From the NCBI GenBank assembly GCA_964445085.1, contig CAYUJV010000001.1:812-64811 (forward strand): a stretch of 64,000 bases of DNA, written 5' to 3'. The notes below the pieces were generated by a model that was not told the DNA's origin, ran no database searches, and saw only the letters and a program-made list of their open reading frames with translations. Below, one piece after another: positions 29,339-37,318 of this stretch. The stretch comes from an uncultured Burkholderiales bacterium (lineage in GTDB: Bacteria; Pseudomonadota; Gammaproteobacteria; Burkholderiales; Thiobacteraceae). Position numbers and translations under genes: made by a program. Within the stretch, counting starts at the first letter, position 1. Every line of letters starts with the position of its first letter.

Positions 29339-29353
29339 GCAACGCCTGTGCCA
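29339..29353 (-). promoter_or_regulatory. sigma54 (-24/-12) promoter of the Rrf2 gene
   Basis: Minus strand reads TGGCAC-aggcg-TTGC, 30 bp upstream of the Rrf2 ATG. Confidence 0.55.
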
Positions 29354-29420
29354 CGTCCCCGCACCTCGCTCCCCCTGACCTCGCGCCCCGGGGCTGCGGC
29401 CGCCAGGCCGCGGCCTGCCT

Positions 29421-29436
29421 TGTCGCAAACCATACA
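29421..29436. promoter_or_regulatory. NifA-type UAS shared by divergent promoters
   Basis: TGTCGCAAACCATACA. Centred about 77 bp from the minus-strand -24 and about 93 bp from the plus-strand -24. Confidence 0.6.
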
Positions 29437-29519
29437 CTCCGGCCCGGCTTGTCCGACATGCGACAGGCTTGGGTGGCGCGCCACCGCGCCAGGCCGCATG
29501 CCGACGAGGCCTGTGCGAT

Positions 29520-29535
29520 CGGAACACTTCTTGCT
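29520..29535 (+). promoter_or_regulatory. sigma54-like promoter (CGGAAC variant) of the receiver-draTG operon
   Basis: CGGAAC-acttc-TTGCT keeps the GG-N10-GC spacing. The same CGGAAC-N5-TTGC variant precedes amt. Confidence 0.45.
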
Positions 29536-29572
29536 CCACCCGTTTCCGCACAAGACACTCGGGAGAACAGAC

Positions 29573-29995
29573 ATGCAAATCGGCGTCGAAACCGCCAAGG
29601 CGGTGGACAACAAGCGCCTGTTCGTCGTGGCCAACGACGAGATCACCCGCATGGCGCTGCAGTTCATGCTGCACGACGAGAACGAGACCCACGACCTGCC
29701 CACGCTGGAGGCGGCCTTCGACAAGAGCATCGAGTGGAAGCCGGACCTGCTGCTGTTGGGCGTCGACATCGTGCAGGAGCGCGGCGTGGAAGTGCTCGCG
29801 CTCATCCGCTCGCGGCTGGCGGAAACGAAAATCCTGCTCGTGGGGGACACGCGCGACGATCCGCTGGTGGCCGCCTGCCAGCAGGCCGGGATCGACGGCC
29901 AGCTGTTCAAGCCGCTGACGGTGGAGGACGTGCGCAGAAAGGTGGACGGGCTGCTGGGGCGCAAGCGCGCCTCCATTCCGATTCACGCACTATGA
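29573..29995 (+). CDS. stand-alone response-regulator receiver domain protein
   Basis: CheY-like pattern: LFVVANDE ... PDLLLLGVD ... ILLVGDT ... LFKPL. 140 aa. Internal ATG of ORF 29318..29995. Confidence 0.7.
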   Translation: MQIGVETAKAVDNKRLFVVANDEITRMALQFMLHDENETHDLPTLEAAFDKSIEWKPDLLLLGVDIVQERGVEVLALIRSRLAETKILLVGDTRDDPLVAACQQAGIDGQLFKPLTVEDVRRKVDGLLGRKRASIPIHAL

Positions 29996-30810
29996 CCGTC
30001 GCCGCGCTGCGGGGACACAGCGCCAACCTGGTGGGCGTTCCCACCGGCCTGCTGGCGAGCGTCGCGTTCAACGAAGATCCGCTCCCTCTGCACATCCACG
30101 GCGTGCGTGCCGGCCATGCGCGGCTGTTCGATCTCCTGGCGACGGCGACCACACCCGCGGAGGCGGGGAAACGGTTTCAGGACTATATGGACGAGAGTTT
30201 CGACTTGCGCCCGAGGCAGACATCAGCCGGTGACGGCACCGTGCGCCGCTTCCGCGCCAGCTACCTGCGCCTGCTCAAGGGCTGGGGTTTCGACGCCAAC
30301 AGCCGCGAAGGGGCCGTCATCAAAGGCTGGGCGGAGAGCCGCTTCGGCCTGTTTCCGACCTTCCACAAGACAACACTCACGCGCTTTGGCTCCCAGGCCT
30401 GGGCGCGCTACGTGGAGGAGAAAATGTCCAGCCGCTTCCACAACAACGACATCTTCGGCCAGCTGGACCTGCTGTACGAATTTTGCCAGTGGTCGCTCGG
30501 CCGCTGGTTCCAGCCGGGACGGCGCCATGTGCGCCTGTACCGCGGCGTCAACGACTTCAGCGAGGACAGCCTGCTGCGCGGGCAGCCGAAGCCGCGCAGC
30601 GGGCCGGCCCTGGTGCGGCTGAACAACGTCGTCTCCTTCACCGCCCACCGCAGCATTGCCTGCGAATTCGGCGACTACATCCTGGAGGCCCTCGTGCCCA
30701 CCGTGAAGATCCTGTTCTTCAACGACCTGCTGCCGCGCCACGCGCTCAAGGGCGAAGCCGAATATCTGGCGATCGGCGGCGAGTACCGCGTCATGGTCAG
30801 CTATCTCTGA
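29992..30810 (+). CDS. draT: NAD+--dinitrogen-reductase ADP-D-ribosyltransferase DraT
   Basis: SANLVGVPTGLLASVAFNEDPLPLHIHGVR...FQDYMDESF...LYEFCQWS. ATGA overlap with the receiver gene. Confidence 0.85.
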   Translation: MTVAALRGHSANLVGVPTGLLASVAFNEDPLPLHIHGVRAGHARLFDLLATATTPAEAGKRFQDYMDESFDLRPRQTSAGDGTVRRFRASYLRLLKGWGFDANSREGAVIKGWAESRFGLFPTFHKTTLTRFGSQAWARYVEEKMSSRFHNNDIFGQLDLLYEFCQWSLGRWFQPGRRHVRLYRGVNDFSEDSLLRGQPKPRSGPALVRLNNVVSFTAHRSIACEFGDYILEALVPTVKILFFNDLLPRHALKGEAEYLAIGGEYRVMVSYL

Positions 30811-30819
30811 GAAGCGGCC

Positions 30820-31749
30820 GTGATCGGGGACGACGTGCAGGAACGCGCGCTGGGCGCCTATCTGGGCTTCGCCGTCGGCGACGCCCTGGGAGCAACGGTC
30901 GAATTCATGACAGCCGCCGAGATTCAACACAACTACGGCATGCACCGCGACATGATCGGTGGCGGCTGGCTCAAGCTCAGGCCGGGCGAGGTCACCGACG
31001 ACACGCAGATGTCCCTGGCGCTGGGACAGGCCATCGTCGACAGCGGCGGCTGGAATGCGCGCGCCGCCGCCGATGCTTTCGCCGCGTGGCTCAAGTCCAA
31101 ACCCATCGACGTGGGCAACACCTGCCGCCGCGGGATTCAGCGCTACATCATGGAGGGTACGCTGGCCGGCCCGCCCAACGAAGGCGACGCCGGCAACGGC
31201 GCCTGCATGCGCAACCTGCCGCTGGCGCTCGCGACGCTGACTGATGACGAAGCATTCGCGCGCGCGACCTTGGAGCAGTGCCACCTCACCCACCACCATC
31301 CCTTGTCGGACGCCGCCACGCTGGCCTTCGGAAGAATGACGCGCACCCTGATCCGCGGCGGCGGCTTCAGGGACTGCCGGGCGGAGGCGAACCGCCTGAT
31401 CGATGCGTTTCCGGTGTTCCGCTTCGACCCCTATCCCAGGCGCGCCTCGGGCTATATCGTCGATACGACCCAGACGGTGCTGCACTATTTTTTCCGCACC
31501 GACAACTTCGAGGATTGCGTGACCGAGGTGGTGAACCGCGGCGAGGACGCGGACACCAACGGCGCGCTGGCCGGCATGCTGGCGGGCGCCGCCTATGGCG
31601 TATCGGACATTCCGGGCTACTGGCTGAAGAAGCTGGACAAGAAAGTCCGGGCGCGCATCGAGGAGCAGACCGAGGCGCTGCTGGGCATCGCCGCCACAAT
31701 ACCCAAGGGGCAAGAATCGAGTCGGAAGCCCCGGCAACCTGCGCCCTGA
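30820..31749 (+). CDS. draG: ADP-ribosyl-[dinitrogen reductase] glycohydrolase DraG
   Basis: GTG start. ALGAYLGFAVGDALGATVEF...EVTDDTQM...GEDADTNGALAGMLAGA (ARH family signatures). Confidence 0.85.
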   Translation: MIGDDVQERALGAYLGFAVGDALGATVEFMTAAEIQHNYGMHRDMIGGGWLKLRPGEVTDDTQMSLALGQAIVDSGGWNARAAADAFAAWLKSKPIDVGNTCRRGIQRYIMEGTLAGPPNEGDAGNGACMRNLPLALATLTDDEAFARATLEQCHLTHHHPLSDAATLAFGRMTRTLIRGGGFRDCRAEANRLIDAFPVFRFDPYPRRASGYIVDTTQTVLHYFFRTDNFEDCVTEVVNRGEDADTNGALAGMLAGAAYGVSDIPGYWLKKLDKKVRARIEEQTEALLGIAATIPKGQESSRKPRQPAP

Positions 31750-31777
31750 ACCTTGTAATTTGAACTTTCGTGCCACC

Positions 31778-33826
31778 ATGGCCACTTTGATTTTTTATGA
31801 AAAGCCCGGCTGCGCGAACAATGCACGGCAGAAGCGGCTGCTGCTCGATGCCGGGCACGAACTCATCGTCCGCGACCTGCTGAGCGAGCCGTGGACGGCG
31901 CAGCGCCTGCTGACATTCTTCGACGGCCTGCCAGTCGCCGAGTGGTTCAACCGCGCCGCGCCGCAGGTGAAATCCGGCGAGATCGACCCGGCGCGCGTTG
32001 GGGCCGAGGCGGCGCTGAAACTGATGCTGAGCAATCCATTGCTGATCCGGCGTCCGCTGATCGAAGGGAACGGCTGGCGGCTTGCGGGCTTCGACGCCGA
32101 GTTCGTACGCAGGCACCTGGGCGTGGCACCGGACGATGCGCCGCGCGACCTCGAGTCCTGCCGCCGTCCACCTGGCGCGGCCCCCTGCCCCGCGCCCCAG
32201 GACAGCCGGCGCGCGGAGGTGGCGCTCGCCTACCACGAGCGCACCAAGCATCGCCCTGAGCGCTACGCCGCCGGTCCGGAGACCCTGGACTGGACGGGCC
32301 AGCCGGACCCGTTCCGTACATTCAAGGGAAGTCCCACCCTCCGCCTGCCGCTGTGCGGCGGGCGCCTGGCCACCTCCTTCGCCGGCATCTATACGCCAGA
32401 GGAAGTCTGGTCGCCGGCGCTATCGCTGGATGCGCTGGGCGCGCTGCTGGAACTGTCGCTCGGCCTGTCGGCGTGGAAGGAATACGGCCCGGACCGCTGG
32501 GCGCTGCGCTGCAACCCCTCCAGCGGCAACCTGCACCCGACCGAGGCCTACGTGATCGCGCGTGGCATCGCGGGACTGGATGACGGCCTCTATCACTACG
32601 CGAGCCGCAGCCACGCGCTGGAGCAACGCTGTCGCGCACCAGCGGATGGAGCGGCGAGCGAGCACGGGCTGTGGATCGGGCTCTCCTCGATCCACTGGCG
32701 CGAGGCGTGGAAATACGGCGAGCGTGCCTTTCGCTATTGCCAGCTCGACGTGGGCCATGCCCTGGCCGCGCTGCGCTACGCCGCCGGCGTGCTCGGCTGG
32801 CGGCTGCGCCTGGTGACGGCCTGCGAGCACTCGCATCTGGCGCGGCTGCTGGGCCTCGATCGGGTCGAGGATTTTCCCGGCGCGGAACGGGAGGACGCCG
32901 ACCTGCTGGTGCAGGTGCTGCCACGAACCGAACCCAAACTGACTGCCGCGGCGCCTGAGCCCTGGCCGGACGCGCACTCGATGTGGATGGGCCAGGCGAA
33001 TACCCTCGATCCCCATCCCATGTACAGCTGGCCGGTCATCGACGAAGTCGCGGCCGCCACGAAAAAAACCGGGCAGGCGACGGAAGCACCCGCGCGCAGC
33101 CAGTATCCGCCCGCGACCCCCGCCGCCGGGCTGCCCGCCGCCCAGGTCATCCTCGGCCGGCGCAGCGCGCAGCGTTTCGATCCGCAGTTCGTCCTGCCAG
33201 CCAAGGACTTTTTCCACCTGCTCGACAGCCTGCTTCACCGGCCGCACGCGCCGTGGGACGTATGGGACCATGGGCCCAGGGTTCATCCCGTTCTGTTCGT
33301 GCACCGCGTGGAGAGCATCGCGCCCGGGCTTTACATCCTGGTGCGTGCGCCGGACGCGGAGGTGCGGTTGCGCACGGCAATGAGCGATGAGTTCGAATGG
33401 GAACGCGTGCAAGGCTGCCCGGCACACCTTCCCCTGTTCCGCCTGCAGCCCGGCAAGTGGCACAAGGTCGCGCGCGCGGTGAGCTGCCAGCAGGCCATCG
33501 CCGCCGACAGCTGCTTCTCGCTGGGCATGCTGGCAGAGTTCGAACCCACCCTGCGGGAGGACGCCTGGCGCTACCGCCAGTTGCACTGGGAAGCAGGTCT
33601 GCTGGGGCACGTGCTGTATCTCGAAGCGGAAACGCTGGAGCTGCGCGGCACCGGCATCGGCTGCTTCCTCGACGATGCGTTCCACGAACTGCTGGGGCTG
33701 AAGGACCGCAGCTTCCAGTCCCTCTACCACTTCACGGTGGGCCGCGCGCTCAGCGACACGCGCATCACCACCCTGCCGCCTTACCCGGACCGCGAGGCGG
33801 TGCCCGACACGGAGCCCATGCCATGA
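31778..33826 (+). CDS. fusion protein: ArsC/Spx-fold 'nitrogenase-associated protein' domain plus tandem SagB/nitroreductase-like dehydrogenase domains
   Basis: N-terminus MATLIFYEKPGCANNARQKRLLLDAGHELIVRDLLSEPWT...WFNRAAPQVKSGEI. After a Pro/Ala linker comes AYHERTKHRPERYAAGPETLDWTGQPDPFR...CNPSSGNLHPTE...GIGCFLDD. Confidence 0.75.
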   Translation: MATLIFYEKPGCANNARQKRLLLDAGHELIVRDLLSEPWTAQRLLTFFDGLPVAEWFNRAAPQVKSGEIDPARVGAEAALKLMLSNPLLIRRPLIEGNGWRLAGFDAEFVRRHLGVAPDDAPRDLESCRRPPGAAPCPAPQDSRRAEVALAYHERTKHRPERYAAGPETLDWTGQPDPFRTFKGSPTLRLPLCGGRLATSFAGIYTPEEVWSPALSLDALGALLELSLGLSAWKEYGPDRWALRCNPSSGNLHPTEAYVIARGIAGLDDGLYHYASRSHALEQRCRAPADGAASEHGLWIGLSSIHWREAWKYGERAFRYCQLDVGHALAALRYAAGVLGWRLRLVTACEHSHLARLLGLDRVEDFPGAEREDADLLVQVLPRTEPKLTAAAPEPWPDAHSMWMGQANTLDPHPMYSWPVIDEVAAATKKTGQATEAPARSQYPPATPAAGLPAAQVILGRRSAQRFDPQFVLPAKDFFHLLDSLLHRPHAPWDVWDHGPRVHPVLFVHRVESIAPGLYILVRAPDAEVRLRTAMSDEFEWERVQGCPAHLPLFRLQPGKWHKVARAVSCQQAIAADSCFSLGMLAEFEPTLREDAWRYRQLHWEAGLLGHVLYLEAETLELRGTGIGCFLDDAFHELLGLKDRSFQSLYHFTVGRALSDTRITTLPPYPDREAVPDTEPMP

Positions 33827-34614
33827 GCCACGAAAAACCCTTTCAGCGCATCGACGCCGAAGCCGCGCGCCGCCTGCTCGCCCGCGGCAAGGTGCTGGTG
33901 CTGGATTCCCGCGACCAGGTTCGCTTCGACCTGGCGCACATTCCCACGGCGCGGCACCTGACCAGCGGCAATCTGGACGCCTTCGTGCTCGCCACGCCGA
34001 AAACCACGCCGGTGCTGATCTACTGCTACCACGGCAACGCGAGCCAAACCCACGCCCAGACCTTCGCCGACTTCGGCTTTGGCGAGGTCTACAGCCTGGA
34101 TGGCGGCTTCGCCGCTTGGCAGCGGGCGCAGCCGAAATCGTCCCCGCCCACGCTCACGCTGCGGCTTGCCCAATGGCTGCGGGAACATGGCTATCCCGCC
34201 GACGACCTCGACGCGGTGGCAGAACACGGCATGACGCCCCTGATGCGCGCCGCCAAGCTGGGCGACACGGCGATCGTGTTCGAACTGATCCAGAGCGGCG
34301 CCGCCCTCGACGCCACCAACGTGGACGGCAATACCGCGCTGTGGCTGGCCTGCGTGGGCGAAAGCCTGGAGGCCATCGACCTTCTCATCCGCGCCGGCGC
34401 GAACCCGGACCACCAGAACGATAACGGTGCCACCTGTCTGATGTATGCCGCCTCGACGGGAAAGCATCGGGTGGTGGAGCAGTTGCTGGCGTCCGGGGCG
34501 GACCCGCGGCTGAAGAGCCTGGACGATTTCACCGCGCTGGACATGGCGGCGACGATCGAGTGCCTGCGGACGTTGCGGAAGGCAACGAAAGACCCCACGC
34601 CGATGGCGGGCTGA
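33823..34614 (+). CDS. rhodanese (GlpE-type) - ankyrin-repeat fusion protein
   Basis: Active-site loop CYHGNAS and DGGFAAW, followed by ankyrin repeats (GMTPLMRAAKLGDTAIVFELIQSGAALDATNVDGNTALWLA...). ATGA overlap with the upstream gene. Confidence 0.75.
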   Translation: MSHEKPFQRIDAEAARRLLARGKVLVLDSRDQVRFDLAHIPTARHLTSGNLDAFVLATPKTTPVLIYCYHGNASQTHAQTFADFGFGEVYSLDGGFAAWQRAQPKSSPPTLTLRLAQWLREHGYPADDLDAVAEHGMTPLMRAAKLGDTAIVFELIQSGAALDATNVDGNTALWLACVGESLEAIDLLIRAGANPDHQNDNGATCLMYAASTGKHRVVEQLLASGADPRLKSLDDFTALDMAATIECLRTLRKATKDPTPMAG

Positions 34615-34705
34615 TGCCAGGCGGCGACGTCACGCGGTGTGCATTGCGTGGACGCCGGGCAGGCGGCCCAGCTCCGGCTCGCCGACCACGACGCCTTCGA
34701 GCACG

Positions 34706-35572
34706 TCAGCCTGCGGCGGCCACGGGCTCGGGAGTCTGCGCGCCGCTCAACACGCTTTGAAACACCTCGAGCGGCATATCCAGCCGTTGGATATTCTGCT
34801 CCGCCAGGAAGCGCGCCTCGTTTTTGGTCAGTTCGCCCGGGAGCACGGCCCAGTGCACGTCGGAGGAACGCTTCATGATCTGGCGCGCGAAGGTCCGTTC
34901 CAACTGGTTGCGGAAGCGGCAGCCGAGGAAAAGGAAATGGCGGCCGGTGCGCAATTGCTGCACCACCTCCGGAATCGGGGTCTGGATGTCGATCTCGGTG
35001 AGCACTTCCACGAAGTCGGTGTCCGAGACCAGGAAATTCTTCGCCGGGCTGATCCCACCGAGGGGCTTGTACAGCAGCACCGGCCAGGTATCGGCTTCCT
35101 CGGGGTCGCCCTGGGCGCCATCCTGGCGGAAGTAGTGGGTCCAGGTGCCGAAGTGCTCGGACTGGCTGACGCCCTGCACCTGCCCCCACAGCAGCCGCGA
35201 CTGCAGCGCGGTCCCCATGGCGTTGTCGTACCAGGCGTCGACGATCAGCAGCGGCTCGCGCCGGATGGCGGCGATGGTGTGGTGCAGCACGGTGGGCGCC
35301 ACCGCGGGGGCAAAGGCCTCCGCCATGATTCCCACCAGGGTCTTGCGGTGCTTGAAGTTCTCGATGTACTGGGCGGCCGCCGTCAGGTTGCCGCGAATCT
35401 TGTGCGGCACGCTCGACTTCGCCACCAGGCGCTGCACCAGTTCTTCCGGCGACTTGGGCACCGGGCTTCCCCCCGGGACCAGATCGAGCATGCCCGGCCC
35501 CAGATAAGGCACGACGCTGCCCTCTTCCAGGTAGGCGGAAATCTCCTTCAGCAGCGCCGTAGTCTTGTCCAT
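34706..35572 (-). CDS. SIR2_2-like (SIR2-fold) protein, last gene of the nifB operon (tentative family call)
   Basis: By-eye match to the SIR2_2 pattern: VVPYLGPGM, LLIVDAWYDNAM, LLYKPLGG...FLVSDTDF, RHFLFLGCRF. 288 aa. Confidence 0.6.
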   Translation of the reverse strand: MDKTTALLKEISAYLEEGSVVPYLGPGMLDLVPGGSPVPKSPEELVQRLVAKSSVPHKIRGNLTAAAQYIENFKHRKTLVGIMAEAFAPAVAPTVLHHTIAAIRREPLLIVDAWYDNAMGTALQSRLLWGQVQGVSQSEHFGTWTHYFRQDGAQGDPEEADTWPVLLYKPLGGISPAKNFLVSDTDFVEVLTEIDIQTPIPEVVQQLRTGRHFLFLGCRFRNQLERTFARQIMKRSSDVHWAVLPGELTKNEARFLAEQNIQRLDMPLEVFQSVLSGAQTPEPVAAAG

Positions 35573-35584
35573 GATCGCTTCTCC

Positions 35585-35797
35585 TCAGGCCGCAGACGAT
35601 TTCAGTTGATCGATCTGCTGGCGCGGGATCCGGAAGATGGCACGCCCGCCGGACAGGACTTCATAGCAGTCGGTGGTGGCGCGGGTGAGCAGGTTGAACC
35701 AGTCCTGCGCACTGAGCGTACCCGGGCGCTCGCCGATTTCGGTGACGCTGCCGTTGGGGGCGAAGCGTACGTGGATCATGACCTTGTCGTTGTCCAT
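35585..35797 (-). CDS. hypothetical protein (70 aa)
   Basis: ORF-track ORF with a GGAGAG RBS, 16 bp after the ferredoxin gene. No recognisable domain. Confidence 0.55.
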   Translation of the reverse strand: MDNDKVMIHVRFAPNGSVTEIGERPGTLSAQDWFNLLTRATTDCYEVLSGGRAIFRIPRQQIDQLKSSAA

Positions 35798-35813
35798 GGT
35801 GTCTCTCCGCGAC

Positions 35814-36119
35814 TCACAGGCCGGAACCGAAGCCCAGCAGCTCCACCGTCACGTCCTCGCTGCCCAGCTTCGCCTGGCAGGCCAGCCGCGACTTGGATCC
35901 GACGCCGACGATGCTGTCGAGCTTTTCGTTCTCGGCGCGCTGGATTTTGGACAGGCTCTTGCGTCCATCGTGGACGAAGATGTGACACGCACCGCAGTCG
36001 GCCTTGCCCCCACACTTGCTGCCGATTTTTTCGCCGGCGGCGAGCAGGGCTTCGAGGATGCTCATGCCCTCGGCGGACTGCACGGTCTTGCCGGAGGGAT
36101 TGATTGTCAACAGTGGCAT
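35814..36119 (-). CDS. [2Fe-2S] ferredoxin
   Basis: MPLLTINPSGKTV...CGGKADCGAC...RLACQ. Strong AAGGAG RBS. Internal ATG of ORF 35814..36161. Confidence 0.75.
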   Translation of the reverse strand: MPLLTINPSGKTVQSAEGMSILEALLAAGEKIGSKCGGKADCGACHIFVHDGRKSLSKIQRAENEKLDSIVGVGSKSRLACQAKLGSEDVTVELLGFGSGL

Positions 36120-36157
36120 GGCTTTGCTCCTTGGGTGTCGGGTGAGTCGTAGATAAG

Positions 36158-37309
36158 TCATAGGTAAATGGCCGAGCCCGCCCCGATGTTCACCGAGGCG
36201 TCCTTGGCGGTCTGCACGATGAAGCCGATCTGGTCCTCGCTCAGATGGGCGTGGAACGGCAGCGCGATGATGCGGTCGGCCACCTTCTCCGTAACCAGAA
36301 AGTCGCCCTTGCGGTAGCCCAGATTGGTGTAGAAGGCCTGCAGGTGCTGCGGCTGGCAGTAGGCCGCGGCTTCGATCTTCTCCGTGTGCAGGTCATTCAC
36401 GATGGCGTCGCGGCTGCTCCGCGTGAAGCGCGTGCCCAGATGCACCAGGTACAGGAACCAGTGCACCTCGGTCACGTCCGGCCCGATGTAGGGGTCCTTG
36501 ATGCCCTCGAAGGATTTCACGTAGTCGTAGTAGATCTGCTCCACCTGCTTGCGCCGGGCGAGGATCTGGTCGATGCGCTGCAGTTGGGTCAGGCCGATCG
36601 CCGCCGTCATTTCGTTCATGCCCGCCTGATACGGCAGGCTGCCGGTGATCACGATGGAAAAGCGTTCGTCCATCCTCCGGCTGCGCAGGTAGCGCAGCTT
36701 GCTCGCCAGTTCCGGATCGTCGGTCACGGCCATGCCGCCTTCGCCGCAGGTGAGCGCACCCGGCTGGGAGAAATCGAAGATGGCGACGTCGCCGAAGCCC
36801 CCCACGCGGCGCCCCTGGTAGGTGGAGCCGATGGCCTCGGTGGAGTCCTCGATGAGCTTGAGGCCGTGACGCGTGGCCATGTCGCGCAGTGCCGCCCATG
36901 GCGCGGGATGGCCATTGGTGTTCCCGGCCAGGATGGCACGGGTGGCGGGGGTGATTTTCGCCTCGACCTTCTCCGCCGCCAGCGTGCCGGACCAGTAGTC
37001 GATGTCGGCGAAGACGGGTCTGGCACCGGCGAGCGCGATCGCATGGGAGATCTGATGCCAGCTGTAGGGCGAGGCGATGACCTCGTCACCCGGTCCAATG
37101 CCCATCGCCTTCAGTGCCAGCAGCAGGCCCAGGGTGCCGCTGGCGACGGCCACGCCGTGCCTGCGGTCGGTGTAGGCCGCGAAGGCCGCCTCGAAGGACG
37201 CGACCGCCGGACCCTGGCTCAGGCGCGGCGACTTGAGGATGTCGGCGACCGCATCCAGTTCCAGCAGACTGATGTCGGGATCGGACAGGGGAATCCAGCC
37301 TTCGGTCAT
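36158..37309 (-). CDS. DegT/DnrJ/EryC1/StrS-fold aminotransferase-like protein lacking the Schiff-base lysine
   Basis: Family-typical GTLGLLLALKAMGIGPGDEVI, LIEDSTEAIGS and FDFSQPGALTCGEGG. In the last block the position normally held by the PLP-binding Lys (FSFxxxKxxTxGEGG) is Gly. Confidence 0.8.
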   Translation of the reverse strand: MTEGWIPLSDPDISLLELDAVADILKSPRLSQGPAVASFEAAFAAYTDRRHGVAVASGTLGLLLALKAMGIGPGDEVIASPYSWHQISHAIALAGARPVFADIDYWSGTLAAEKVEAKITPATRAILAGNTNGHPAPWAALRDMATRHGLKLIEDSTEAIGSTYQGRRVGGFGDVAIFDFSQPGALTCGEGGMAVTDDPELASKLRYLRSRRMDERFSIVITGSLPYQAGMNEMTAAIGLTQLQRIDQILARRKQVEQIYYDYVKSFEGIKDPYIGPDVTEVHWFLYLVHLGTRFTRSSRDAIVNDLHTEKIEAAAYCQPQHLQAFYTNLGYRKGDFLVTEKVADRIIALPFHAHLSEDQIGFIVQTAKDASVNIGAGSAIYL

Positions 37310-37318
37310 CGCCTGTCC

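Noticed and set aside
34706-35572. Reading the SIR2-like gene as an anti-phage defence system (Thoeris, DSR or SIR2-HerA type).
   Set aside because: No partner effector or sensor genes (TIR, HerA, pAgo, large DSR-type extensions) are present. The gene is the tightly spaced last cistron of a nif operon, and the catalytic Asn/His appear to be missing. It is kept as a nif-linked finding instead.
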